From Horticoccus luteus (GTDB taxonomy: Bacteria > Verrucomicrobiota > Verrucomicrobiia > Opitutales > Opitutaceae): a stretch of DNA of 32,000 nucleotides. Numbering within the stretch: position 1 is the first letter of the stretch; every line of letters begins with the position of its first letter. Made by a program: the position numbers and the translations under genes. The stretch is from the NCBI RefSeq assembly GCF_019464535.1, contig NZ_CP080507.1:2940001-2972000 (forward strand). Direction: 5' to 3'. Below are positions 24,476 through 32,000 of this stretch, in pieces. The notes beneath the pieces are model-generated. The model ran no database searches. It was given only the letters and a program-made list of their open reading frames with translations, and was not told the origin of the DNA.

Positions 24476-24922
24476 TCATTCGCGCCGCGGTCGCGTCAAA
24501 CCGGGCAACGTCGGCCGCTCTTCCGCCGCCTCGTGGGCGGCATCGACCACGGCTCGCACTTCCGCACTGGTCGGAAATTTCGGCAAATAGCCGTCGGCGC
24601 CCAGCTCGTAGGCGCGCTTCACGTCGCTATTTTCGTCGGAGGTCGAAAGAATGACCGTCAACATGTCCGTGAATTCCGGGCGCTGACGGATCCACTTTAG
24701 CACGCCGAAACCGTCGATGCGCGGCAGGCGTAAATCGAGAAAGACCAGCAACGGCCGGCCAGCGTCGCTCTTTTCGAGAAAGGCGATCGCTTCCTCCCCG
24801 TCCGCCATCACTTCCACCGGATGGTTCGTGCCGGCCTTTTGCAGGAGGCGACGGATAAAAAATACCGCATCGGGGTCGTCTTCGACCACCAAGATTGGAG
24901 CATGTGCAGAGGCCGCACGCAT
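24476..24922 (-). CDS. Stand-alone response-regulator receiver domain (CheY-like)
   Basis: ORF 24476..24967 trimmed to the ATG at comp. 24920-24922. ILVVEDDPDAVFF (acidic pair), LVFLDLRLPRIDG (phospho-acceptor Asp), VILSTS and GADGYLPKFP (conserved Lys). No output domain. Confidence 0.9.
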   Translation of the reverse strand: MRAASAHAPILVVEDDPDAVFFIRRLLQKAGTNHPVEVMADGEEAIAFLEKSDAGRPLLVFLDLRLPRIDGFGVLKWIRQRPEFTDMLTVILSTSDENSDVKRAYELGADGYLPKFPTSAEVRAVVDAAHEAAEERPTLPGLTRPRRE

Positions 24923-25029
24923 AGCGAAGCAGGAGTAAGGAAAGCGACAGCCATCGCACGGAAGCACGAAGGGCCGACGGACAGATTAGTGCCTTTGTGG
25001 ACGCCGGCGAGGCTTAGTCCCGCCGAAAT

Positions 25030-25090
25030 TCACGTTTTAGAATGGATTTACAAGGCGTCTGTGGTCGCCCGCTAAAATAGTCACGTTTAG
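25030..25090 (+). promoter_or_regulatory. Direct repeat TCACGTTT(T)AG x2 in the AT-richer carB leader; candidate operator
   Basis: tcacgttttag at 25030-25040 and tcacgtttag at 25081-25090. The second copy is preceded by ctaaaa (25072-25077), giving a CTAAA/TTTAG inverted pair. Downstream, (T)TTGGTT(G/C)GC recurs three times (about 25096-25143). Confidence 0.3.
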
Positions 25091-25211
25091 TGCGATTTGG
25101 TTGCGCTTTTTCCGCGGTTGCGTGCGCTGGATTTTGGTTCGCCGGCCCGCGCCATGCTTTCCCGCTTGCCGCATGTTTCGGCGGGGCCAAACCTCAGCGA
25201 AATCCACGCTC

Positions 25212-28200
25212 ATGCCCAAACGAACTGATCTGAAGTCCATTCTTATTATCGGCGCTGGCCCCATCGTCATCGGTCAGGCGTGCGAGTTTGATTATTCCGG
25301 CACCCAAGCCTGCAAGGCCCTCCGTGAAGAAGGCTACCGCGTCATCCTGGTGAACTCCAATCCGGCCACGATCATGACCGACCCGGAGTTCGCCGATGTC
25401 ACCTACATCGAGCCGCTCACCGTTCCCTTTCTCGAGAAAATCATCGCCGCCGAGCGCCCGTCCGCCCTCCTCCCGACCCTGGGTGGACAGACGGCCCTCA
25501 ACCTGTCGATGGACCTCGATAAAGCCGGCATCCTCGCGAAATACGGCGTGGAGATGATCGGCGCGAAACCCGACGCGATCGCCAAGGGCGAAGACCGCGA
25601 GTTGTTCAAGCAGGCCATGGTCAAAATCGGCCTCGACGTCGCCCGCTCGCGCACCGTCAAGTCGATGGAAGAAGCCCGCGCGGCCGCGGAAATGTTGGCG
25701 ATGTATCCGCTCATCATCCGCCCTTCCTTTACGCTCGGCGGCTCCGGCGGCGGCATCGCCTACAACCGCGAAGAGTTCGAACTCATCGTCGCCAACGGCC
25801 TGGACCTCTCCCCCGTGCACGAAGTCCTCGTCGAGGAATGCCTCCTCGGCTGGAAGGAATACGAGATGGAGGTGATGCGCGATCACAAGGATCAGTGCGT
25901 CGTCATCTGCTCCATCGAGAATTTCGATCCGATGGGCGTCCACACCGGCGACTCGATCACCGTCGCGCCGGCGATGACGCTCACCGACAAGGAATATCAG
26001 GTCATGCGCGATGCCTCCTTCGCGGTCATCCGCGAGATCGGCGTCGAGACCGGCGGCTCCAACATCCAGTTTTCCGTCGATCCTGTGACCGGCCGCATGG
26101 TCGTCATCGAGATGAATCCGCGGGTGTCGCGCTCGTCCGCCCTCGCGTCGAAAGCCACAGGCTTTCCCATCGCGAAAATCGCCGCCAAGCTCGCCGTCGG
26201 CTACGCCCTCGACGAACTGCGCAACGATATCACCCGCCTCACCCCGGCCAGTTTCGAACCGACGATCGACTACATCGTCACGAAAATCCCGCGCTTCACG
26301 TTCGAGAAATTCCCGGGCGCTGACACCACCCTCACCTCCGCCATGAAGTCCGTCGGCGAGGCGATGGCCATCGGCCGCACGTTTAAGGAATCGATGCAAA
26401 AGTGCCTTCGCTCGCTGGAAATCGGCGCCCGCGGCTTCGGCGGCGGTGGCAAGCACGGCGGCGACGAACCCGTCGAAGAAAAGGTGATCAACGCCAAGCT
26501 CGGCACGCCCAACGCCGAACGGATCTTCTACATCCGCCACGCCTTTCGCGCCGGTTACTCCGTCGAGCGGATTTTTGATCTCACGAAGATCGATCCTTGG
26601 TTCCTCGTGCAACTGCGCGAGATCTGGGAGATGGAGGAAGCCGTCCGCGGACAAACCATCGAAAACATCGACCCGGTGCTCCTGCGCCGCGCGAAACAAT
26701 TTGGTTTCTCCGATGTGCAACTCGCGCACCTCCTCGGCAGTGATTTCGCCGCCGTCCGCGCCGCGCGCCGCCAGCGCGGCATCGAGACCACGTATCGTCT
26801 CGTCGACACCTGCGCCGCCGAATTTGAGGCATTCACGCCGTATTATTATTCGAGCTACGGCGACGAAAACGAGATCCTGCCGCCGACGGGCAAAAAGAAG
26901 ATCATGATCCTCGGCGGCGGTCCCAACCGCATCGGCCAGGGCATCGAATTCGACTACTGCTGCGTTCATGCCAGCTTCGCCCTGCGCGAACTCGGCTACG
27001 AAAGCGTCATGGTCAACTCCAACCCGGAGACCGTTTCGACCGACTACGATACGAGCGACCGCCTCTATTTCGAGCCGCTCACGCTCGAAGACGTGCTCGA
27101 AATTTATCAGCAGGAGAAATGCGACGGCGCCATCGTGCAGTTCGGCGGCCAGACCCCGCTGAATCTCGCGAGCGCCTTGAAGGCGAATGGCGTCAACATC
27201 ATCGGCACCTCACCGGAGAGCATCGAGATCGCCGAGGATCGGAAGCTGTTCGTCAACATCCTCAACAAACTCGGGCTCAAGCAGCCGGACAACCGCACCG
27301 CGTTGAGCGAAAATGAAGCGCTCACCAGTGCCGCCGAAATCGGCTATCCGGTGCTCGTGCGCCCCTCGTTCGTGCTCGGCGGCCGCGGCATGTTCATCCT
27401 TTACAGCGAAGACGAACTCAAGGCGGTCGTCCGTCAGGTCTTCGACGTCATGCCCGGGAAACCCGTGCTCATCGACAAGTTCCTCGAAGATGCCATCGAG
27501 CTTGACGTCGATTGCATCAGCGATGGCGAGACTTCCGTCATCGGCGGCATGTTGGAACACATCGAGTATGCCGGCGTGCACTCGGGTGATGCGGCGATGG
27601 TCATGCCTCCGCATACGCTCAACGCCGACATGCTGGCGACCGTCCGCCGTGCCACTTACGCGCTCGCGAAAGAGCTCAACGTCGTCGGCCTGATGAACAT
27701 CCAGTTCGCCATCAAGGGCGCCCAACTCTACGTCCTCGAGGTCAATCCCCGCGCGTCCCGCACCGTCCCCTTCGTGGCGAAAGCCATTGGCATTCCGCTC
27801 GCGAAACTCGCCGCCAAAGTCATGACCGGCGCAAAGCTCAAGGACCTCGGTTTCACGCGCGAACAAACGCCCAGGCACTGGTGTGTGAAGGAGGCCGTGT
27901 TTCCCTTCGTCCGCTTCCCTGGTGCGACGATCGCGCTCGGCCCCGAAATGCGCTCCACCGGCGAAGTCATGGGCCTCGACGCCGATCTCGGCGTGGCGTT
28001 CGCCAAAGCCCAGGCCGCGGCCAAACCCGGCCTGCCGACCAAGGGCAACGTGTTTCTTTCGGTCAAAGACGCCGACAAGCCGCGGGCCATTGAAATCGCG
28101 CGCACCCTCGAACAATTCGGCTTCACCATCTTCTCCACCAGCGGCACCGCTCAGACGCTCCTCGATGCCGGCCTCGCCGTGAAACGCGTGGCCAAGCTCT

Positions 28201-28451
28201 CCGAGGGCCGCCCGAACACCGTCGACTTGATCAAGAACGGCCAGATCCAGATGGTGATCAACACGCCCAACGGCATGATCCCGCGCCGCGACGAAAACGC
28301 CATCCGCTCCGCCGCCTATGCCCACAACGTGTGCATCATGACCACCATCACCGGCGCTGCCGCCGCCGTGGAAGGCATCCGCGCGCTCCGGGAGAAACAC
28401 GTCGGCGTGAAGCCTATCCAGCAGTATCGCGGCAACGTCGTCGTTGTTTGA
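25212..28451 (+). CDS. carB: Carbamoyl-phosphate synthase large subunit
   Basis: ORF 25101..28451 trimmed to ATG 25212 ([57 protein letters not shown]). Shows the internal duplication of the ATP-grasp halves ([24 protein letters not shown]...[13 protein letters not shown]) and a C-terminal MGS-like allosteric domain. 1079 aa. Confidence 0.97.
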   Translation: MPKRTDLKSILIIGAGPIVIGQACEFDYSGTQACKALREEGYRVILVNSNPATIMTDPEFADVTYIEPLTVPFLEKIIAAERPSALLPTLGGQTALNLSMDLDKAGILAKYGVEMIGAKPDAIAKGEDRELFKQAMVKIGLDVARSRTVKSMEEARAAAEMLAMYPLIIRPSFTLGGSGGGIAYNREEFELIVANGLDLSPVHEVLVEECLLGWKEYEMEVMRDHKDQCVVICSIENFDPMGVHTGDSITVAPAMTLTDKEYQVMRDASFAVIREIGVETGGSNIQFSVDPVTGRMVVIEMNPRVSRSSALASKATGFPIAKIAAKLAVGYALDELRNDITRLTPASFEPTIDYIVTKIPRFTFEKFPGADTTLTSAMKSVGEAMAIGRTFKESMQKCLRSLEIGARGFGGGGKHGGDEPVEEKVINAKLGTPNAERIFYIRHAFRAGYSVERIFDLTKIDPWFLVQLREIWEMEEAVRGQTIENIDPVLLRRAKQFGFSDVQLAHLLGSDFAAVRAARRQRGIETTYRLVDTCAAEFEAFTPYYYSSYGDENEILPPTGKKKIMILGGGPNRIGQGIEFDYCCVHASFALRELGYESVMVNSNPETVSTDYDTSDRLYFEPLTLEDVLEIYQQEKCDGAIVQFGGQTPLNLASALKANGVNIIGTSPESIEIAEDRKLFVNILNKLGLKQPDNRTALSENEALTSAAEIGYPVLVRPSFVLGGRGMFILYSEDELKAVVRQVFDVMPGKPVLIDKFLEDAIELDVDCISDGETSVIGGMLEHIEYAGVHSGDAAMVMPPHTLNADMLATVRRATYALAKELNVVGLMNIQFAIKGAQLYVLEVNPRASRTVPFVAKAIGIPLAKLAAKVMTGAKLKDLGFTREQTPRHWCVKEAVFPFVRFPGATIALGPEMRSTGEVMGLDADLGVAFAKAQAAAKPGLPTKGNVFLSVKDADKPRAIEIARTLEQFGFTIFSTSGTAQTLLDAGLAVKRVAKLSEGRPNTVDLIKNGQIQMVINTPNGMIPRRDENAIRSAAYAHNVCIMTTITGAAAAVEGIRALREKHVGVKPIQQYRGNVVVV

Positions 28452-28498
28452 CGCCCCACCTGCCCGGCAAGCGCGCCTCGCGTTTCTCGCCGTCAGAC

Positions 28499-28523
28499 AC
28501 CGGTGACGAAGAGCGTCGCCGGT
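28499..28523 (+). other. 10-bp hairpin 48 nt after the carB stop (no U-tract)
   Basis: accggtgacg(28499-28508), loop aagag, cgtcgccggt(28514-28523). Contains one G-U pair. Confidence 0.5.
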
Positions 28524-28672
28524 ATCGCCCGCTGACACGCGTGCCCGATTCCTCGGCGGCGACACCGCGCTGAAGCCAGCGCTCGCGGCGTGTTGGTCAT
28601 GAACGCCAAGACGTCGAAGTCTACGCCCGTAAACCCCGTGGCTCGGCGAAGTTGTGTTCGCTCGCACCTCCG

Positions 28673-28702
28673 GGCCTCACCGCGAAAACCGGGGCCTTTT
28701 TT
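28673..28702 (+). terminator. Rho-independent terminator about 220 nt downstream of carB
   Basis: GGCCTC(28673-28678), a 12-nt loop, GGGGCC(28691-28696; 6 bp including one G-U), then TTTTTT (28697-28702). Confidence 0.55.
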
Positions 28703-28821
28703 GCAGACGAAAAACGGTTGCTTGCGACTGAAATCCTCCCTCGCGCCACGGCGGAAAACTCGCCTTTACGGAGTCGGTCCCATCTGTTTTGGTCGCACGT
28801 TCCAATCCCGATTTTCTCGAT

Positions 28822-29559
28822 ATGACCAAGCCTGCCAAATCCTCCAGCGTCTCGCCTGCTGGTGCCGACCCCCAACTCGTTACTCCCGCGGCTCCCAGCT
28901 CCGAGGAGAAATTGCACGCCTTCTGGCAGCGCCATCGCGGCACCCTTCTGGGCCTCTTCGTGCTCGTCGCCCTCGTCTTGGTGGGCAAGGGCGCTTGGGA
29001 AATCTGGCAGGCGAAGCAGGAACAGTCGCTCCAGCAGGACTACGCCGCGGCCTCCACCCCGGAACAGCTTCGCGCCTTCGCGTCCGCGCATAACGGCCAC
29101 CTCCTCGCCGGCGTCGCCCAACTCCGACTCGCGGACGAGGCGTATGCCGCCGGCAAATCCGCCGACGCTCTCACTGGTTACGAAAAGGCCGCGCCCCAGC
29201 TCGAAGGCACCATTCTCGGCGCCCGCGCCCAACTCGGCGCCGCCATGGCGAAATTGCAGGCCGGCCGCACCGCCGATGGCACCGCTGCGCTGCAGCAGCT
29301 CGCCAACGATGCCAAACAGCTCAAGGGCATCCGCGCCGAAGCGATCTATCATCTCGCCACCCTGGCCAGCGCCAACGGCTCCGCGGACGACGTGAGAAAA
29401 TACTCTGATCAACTGATCGCCCTCGACCCGACCAGCCCGTGGGCCCAGCGCGCCATGATGCTGCGCGCCACACAGCCCGCCGCCCCCTCCGCGCCTGCCG
29501 CCGCGGCTCCGGAAGCCGCCGCGCCCGCCGTCAAATTAAACGTCCCCGGCACCAAGTAG
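28822..29559 (+). CDS. YfgM-like / TPR_21-type membrane-anchored tetratricopeptide-like protein
   Basis: ORF 28789..29559 trimmed to ATG 28822. A short cytoplasmic N-terminus, one TM segment (GTLLGLFVLVALVLVGKGAW), then an Ala/Leu-rich helical-repeat domain. This is the same architecture as E. coli YfgM, including the F-x-x-x-x-G-x-L...W start. Confidence 0.6.
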   Translation: MTKPAKSSSVSPAGADPQLVTPAAPSSEEKLHAFWQRHRGTLLGLFVLVALVLVGKGAWEIWQAKQEQSLQQDYAAASTPEQLRAFASAHNGHLLAGVAQLRLADEAYAAGKSADALTGYEKAAPQLEGTILGARAQLGAAMAKLQAGRTADGTAALQQLANDAKQLKGIRAEAIYHLATLASANGSADDVRKYSDQLIALDPTSPWAQRAMMLRATQPAAPSAPAAAAPEAAAPAVKLNVPGTK

Positions 29560-29594
29560 TCGCCCGCGCCAGCGCCGCAGGCCTTGCCTCACCT

Positions 29595-29625
29595 CAGCCG
29601 TCGCGCCTTCCGCGGCGGCTTTTTT
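29595..29625 (+). terminator. Rho-independent terminator of the YfgM-like gene
   Basis: agccgtcgcg(29595-29604), loop ccttc, cggcggct-type 3' arm cgcggcggct(29610-29619; 10 bp including one G-U), followed by a T-run through 29625. Confidence 0.8.
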
Positions 29626-29668
29626 CTGCCTGCACTGCACGCCTCGCGAGCGCCGCACCCGCCACGCG

Positions 29669-30658
29669 TTAACCCCGTGTTCCTGCCAGCGCCACCCGCA
29701 GCCGCAGGCGCGCCTTTAACGCCTTGTAACCGGGCCGAAACACATTCCGGAGGACCGCCGGATCGAGATGGGGCGGCACGCATGCGCACCGCCACCGGTG
29801 CACCCGCTCGCGCCAGTCGCGCGGCTGAGGCCGCCAACCCGCGTAAATTGTGCGGTCCAACGCCGCATAAAAATAATGCCGGAACGGGTGCGCGTTGTCG
29901 TAGTGCCACGGCTTCGACCCCGTGGTGAAATGCACGAGAAACGGATCCGTGCGCACCCGCCGCAAATCGGCCGCCGTCATGTGCAGAAAGCCGGCCGTGT
30001 GTACGAAAAACTTGAACTGCTGATTCCACCGCCGATCGAGGTGCGTCCATCGGCCGGCAATGGCGTGGTTGAGCGCATCCTGATCGTGGAATTCCAGCCG
30101 ACCTTCCTCCTGCTGGATATAGGCGAGCGCCGTTAGATGCGTCCGCTCCGCCCGCCATCGTGCGAGGTCCATCAATAATACGCCCGCGTTGAAGTAGTCT
30201 TCCTCGCACGCAAGACCGACCCGCGCGAAATTCTCCGCGCGCGGCTTTTGCACGGCCGCGAGACTGTGCGCGCCCAAGTCCTCCGCCCACAATTCCTCGA
30301 CCGCGCGGCACACCACGATGTCGCAATCCAGATAAAGCACCCGTGTCACCTCCGCGGGGAGCACGTCTGGCAGCAGCAAGCGATCATACGTCGCCACGCT
30401 CAAGTGCTTGTCCACCTTCGCGCCGCGCAATCGCGCGTCATCCGTCGCGATGGGCACCACGTGAAATTCCCCGCCGAGCGATTCAACCCGGTTGGCGAGG
30501 TGCCCCAGCATCTCCGGCTGCAACGACCGGCTCGCCACCCATACGCGCAGCGCCGACGGCTGCGATGCCGTCGCCACCAACGATTCCACCGCGACAGTCA
30601 GCGGTTGGAGGTATCCTTCGTCGCAACAAAATGCGATGTCGACATGCCGGGAGGACAT
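29669..30658 (-). CDS. Glycosyltransferase family 8 (RfaJ/LgtC-like retaining hexosyltransferase)
   Basis: 329 aa. DIAFCCDEGYLQPLTVAVESL, a DxD in VLYLDCDIVV, YFNAGVLLMDLARWR and HDQDALN are GT8 hallmarks. Confidence 0.85.
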   Translation of the reverse strand: MSSRHVDIAFCCDEGYLQPLTVAVESLVATASQPSALRVWVASRSLQPEMLGHLANRVESLGGEFHVVPIATDDARLRGAKVDKHLSVATYDRLLLPDVLPAEVTRVLYLDCDIVVCRAVEELWAEDLGAHSLAAVQKPRAENFARVGLACEEDYFNAGVLLMDLARWRAERTHLTALAYIQQEEGRLEFHDQDALNHAIAGRWTHLDRRWNQQFKFFVHTAGFLHMTAADLRRVRTDPFLVHFTTGSKPWHYDNAHPFRHYFYAALDRTIYAGWRPQPRDWRERVHRWRCACVPPHLDPAVLRNVFRPGYKALKARLRLRVALAGTRG

Positions 30659-30820
30659 GCACGAACGATCACGCCCGGGCCACCAGCTTCAAGCCAGCCC
30701 CCGCCTCTCACGTGATTTTCGGGCATACCCTGATGCGACGTTCAGGAAGCTGTCGCCCTCACCTGTCGTGCAGATGCGTTACGAAGTGTTCACCCTCGCT
30801 CTCGCGGCACCCCTCTTCTC

Positions 30821-31960
30821 ATGCGCATCGGTTTCTTCCTTCGCTATCCTTTTCACGAAAGTATTTTCCGGACCACGCTCGCGGCGGTGCGCACTCGCCA
30901 TGAGTGTCTGGTCACTGGCGATCCGCGCGCGCTCACGCGCTTCCGTCCCCATGTCGTCGTGGCCGCCGAAGACATCACCTACCTTCACCTGCGTGCGCAT
31001 CTGCCACGGTCGATTTTTATCCACACCCGCCATGGTCTCGCGAGCAAGGGCGTGCCGGAACGCTCCTTCCGCGCCGCCGATTACGTGTGCGTGACGAGCG
31101 AGTTCGTGCGCTACGACTTTCTGCGCCGTGGCGTCCGCCCCCGACGCGGCTACTGGGTTTTGGGTTATGTGCAGATGGACAATCTCTTCGTCGCCGAACG
31201 CCCGGCCGCGCTCCCGCCCGGGCGTCGCGTGGTGCTGTATGCGCCGACCTGGCACGAAGGCCTTTCCTCGCTCCCGGTCTTGGGCGACCGCATCGTCGAT
31301 CTGCTCCGCGGCCGCCACTCCGACACGATGCTCGTCATCAAGCCGCACCCACTCGTGCAGCAAGGCGCCCGGCCCTCGATCGCCCCGTGGATGGAAACGC
31401 TCCGCCACGCGTGCCGCGGTCGCGATGACGTCATCCTCCTTGAACAACGCGGCCTCGACGTCATGCCATGGCTCAACGCCGCGGACGTGCTCGTCAGTGA
31501 TGCCTCCAGCGTGCAGCTCGAGTTTCTCGCACTCAACCGCCCCATCGTGCTGATCAACAATCCTGCGCGGCTCGTCTCGCCGCATTACGATCCGTCCGGC
31601 TACGAATGGGCGTGGCGCGATATGGGTGACGCCGTCGACGACATCGAAACACTGCCCACCATCATCGATCGCGCGCTCGCTAATCCTCACCACGGCGAAG
31701 CCGACCGCGCGCGTTACCGTGAACGTTTGTTTGGTTCAACGGCCGACGGGCACGCCGGCGAACGCCTCGCTTCGCACATCGATCGCCTCGCCCCCGAAGT
31801 CGCCTCCGAACTGGAGTTGCTCGCCCTCTCGCCCTTCGGCCTCACCTTTGCCCGCCTGCTTCCGCACTTCCGCACGCTCGCCGACACTCGTCGCCGCTGG
31901 ACGCAACGATTCCGCCCCGACCCGCTGACGCCCGCGGTCGCACTCACATCGTCCAAATAA
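30821..31960 (+). CDS. CDP-glycerol glycerophosphotransferase family (TagB/TagF-like) protein
   Basis: 379 aa. Contains VVLYAPTWHEG (the YAPTW motif of the Glyphos_transf family), LVIKPHPL and ADVLVSDASSVQLEFLALNRPIVL. Confidence 0.75.
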   Translation: MRIGFFLRYPFHESIFRTTLAAVRTRHECLVTGDPRALTRFRPHVVVAAEDITYLHLRAHLPRSIFIHTRHGLASKGVPERSFRAADYVCVTSEFVRYDFLRRGVRPRRGYWVLGYVQMDNLFVAERPAALPPGRRVVLYAPTWHEGLSSLPVLGDRIVDLLRGRHSDTMLVIKPHPLVQQGARPSIAPWMETLRHACRGRDDVILLEQRGLDVMPWLNAADVLVSDASSVQLEFLALNRPIVLINNPARLVSPHYDPSGYEWAWRDMGDAVDDIETLPTIIDRALANPHHGEADRARYRERLFGSTADGHAGERLASHIDRLAPEVASELELLALSPFGLTFARLLPHFRTLADTRRRWTQRFRPDPLTPAVALTSSK

Positions 31961-32000
31961 CTGCCCAGCTCTCGCCCTGCGGGCCACTCGCGAACTCGTG

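Noticed and set aside
25036-25052. Possible ARG box (tagaatggatttaca) in the carB leader
   Set aside because: Only about 7 of 10 core positions match TGAAT-N4-ATTCA, and the central spacer is not A/T-rich. This is too weak to name ArgR as the regulator, so I kept it only as an unnamed repeat region.
25194-26969. 591-aa ORF on the minus strand (likewise 27210..28667, 485 aa)
   Set aside because: Antisense to carB, whose identity is unambiguous. The products are Gly/Asp/Arg/Ala-rich low-complexity sequence.
28590-29093. 167-aa plus-strand ORF starting in the carB-yfgM-like spacer (and the antisense 28621..29412 ORF)
   Set aside because: It reads through the U-tract terminator at 28673-28702 and then overlaps the YfgM-like gene out of frame. 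The product is Arg/Ser/Cys-rich with no features, so it is not a credible small protein.
1-32000. Search for CRISPR arrays, IS elements, integrases, toxin-antitoxin pairs, restriction-modification or other defence modules, prophage genes, and sharp compositional islands
   Set aside because: I saw none. No regularly spaced repeats, no transposase or recombinase-like ORFs, and no short tightly overlapping gene pairs of TA type. The only lower-GC stretches are ordinary promoter or leader regions (about 6611-6660, 24960-25210, 28700-28820). The window looks like core chromosome rather than an accessory island.

Overview
This is a visibly GC-rich bacterial chromosomal segment (roughly two-thirds G+C by eye, not computed). 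I call 27 protein-coding genes, including one at the left edge that the ORF track misses. I see no rRNA, tRNA, CRISPR array, transposase, integrase or phage genes.

Gene order, with strand:
- ALDH7-type aminoadipic-semialdehyde dehydrogenase (-, partial)
- saccharopine-dehydrogenase-family enzyme (-)
- unassigned VOC-like protein (-)
- SpoU/TrmH methyltransferase (-)
- ankyrin-repeat protein with two TonB_C modules (-)
- GxGYxYP protein (-)
- small secreted protein (-)
- RlmM (-)
- SDR (-)
- two tandem BON-domain paralogs (+)
- AraC regulator (-), divergent from a FucI-family isomerase (+)
- secreted hypothetical (-)
- DUF1653 (+)
- glycerate kinase (+)
- unassigned 381-aa protein (-)
- DUF2062 (+)
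- DUF1343/NamZ-like lipoprotein (+)
- xylose-isomerase-like TIM barrel (+)
- Gfo/Idh/MocA oxidoreductase (+)
- BNR/Asp-box protein (+)
- stand-alone receiver domain (-)
- carB (+)
- YfgM-like TPR membrane protein (+)
- GT8 glycosyltransferase (-), divergent from a CDP-glycerol glycerophosphotransferase-family protein (+)

The gene content looks like a PVC-superphylum (Verrucomicrobiota/Opitutales-like) genome. That is inference only.

The many 300-600-aa ORFs antisense to these genes are the usual high-GC artefact.

I do not see a defence island, a mobile element or a clearly new multi-gene system, and the window reads as ordinary core or carbohydrate-utilisation chromosome.

The items most worth a second look are:
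- the ankyrin + 2xTonB_C architecture
- the unassigned VOC-like gene next to a lysine-catabolic pair
- the oxidoreductase / TIM-barrel / BNR cluster, which has a 3-keto-glycoside signature
- a recurring GC-rich ~26-nt intergenic repeat
- a ~68-nt extended hairpin filling one intercistronic spacer
- a structured 250-nt untranslated tail after carB that ends in a terminator
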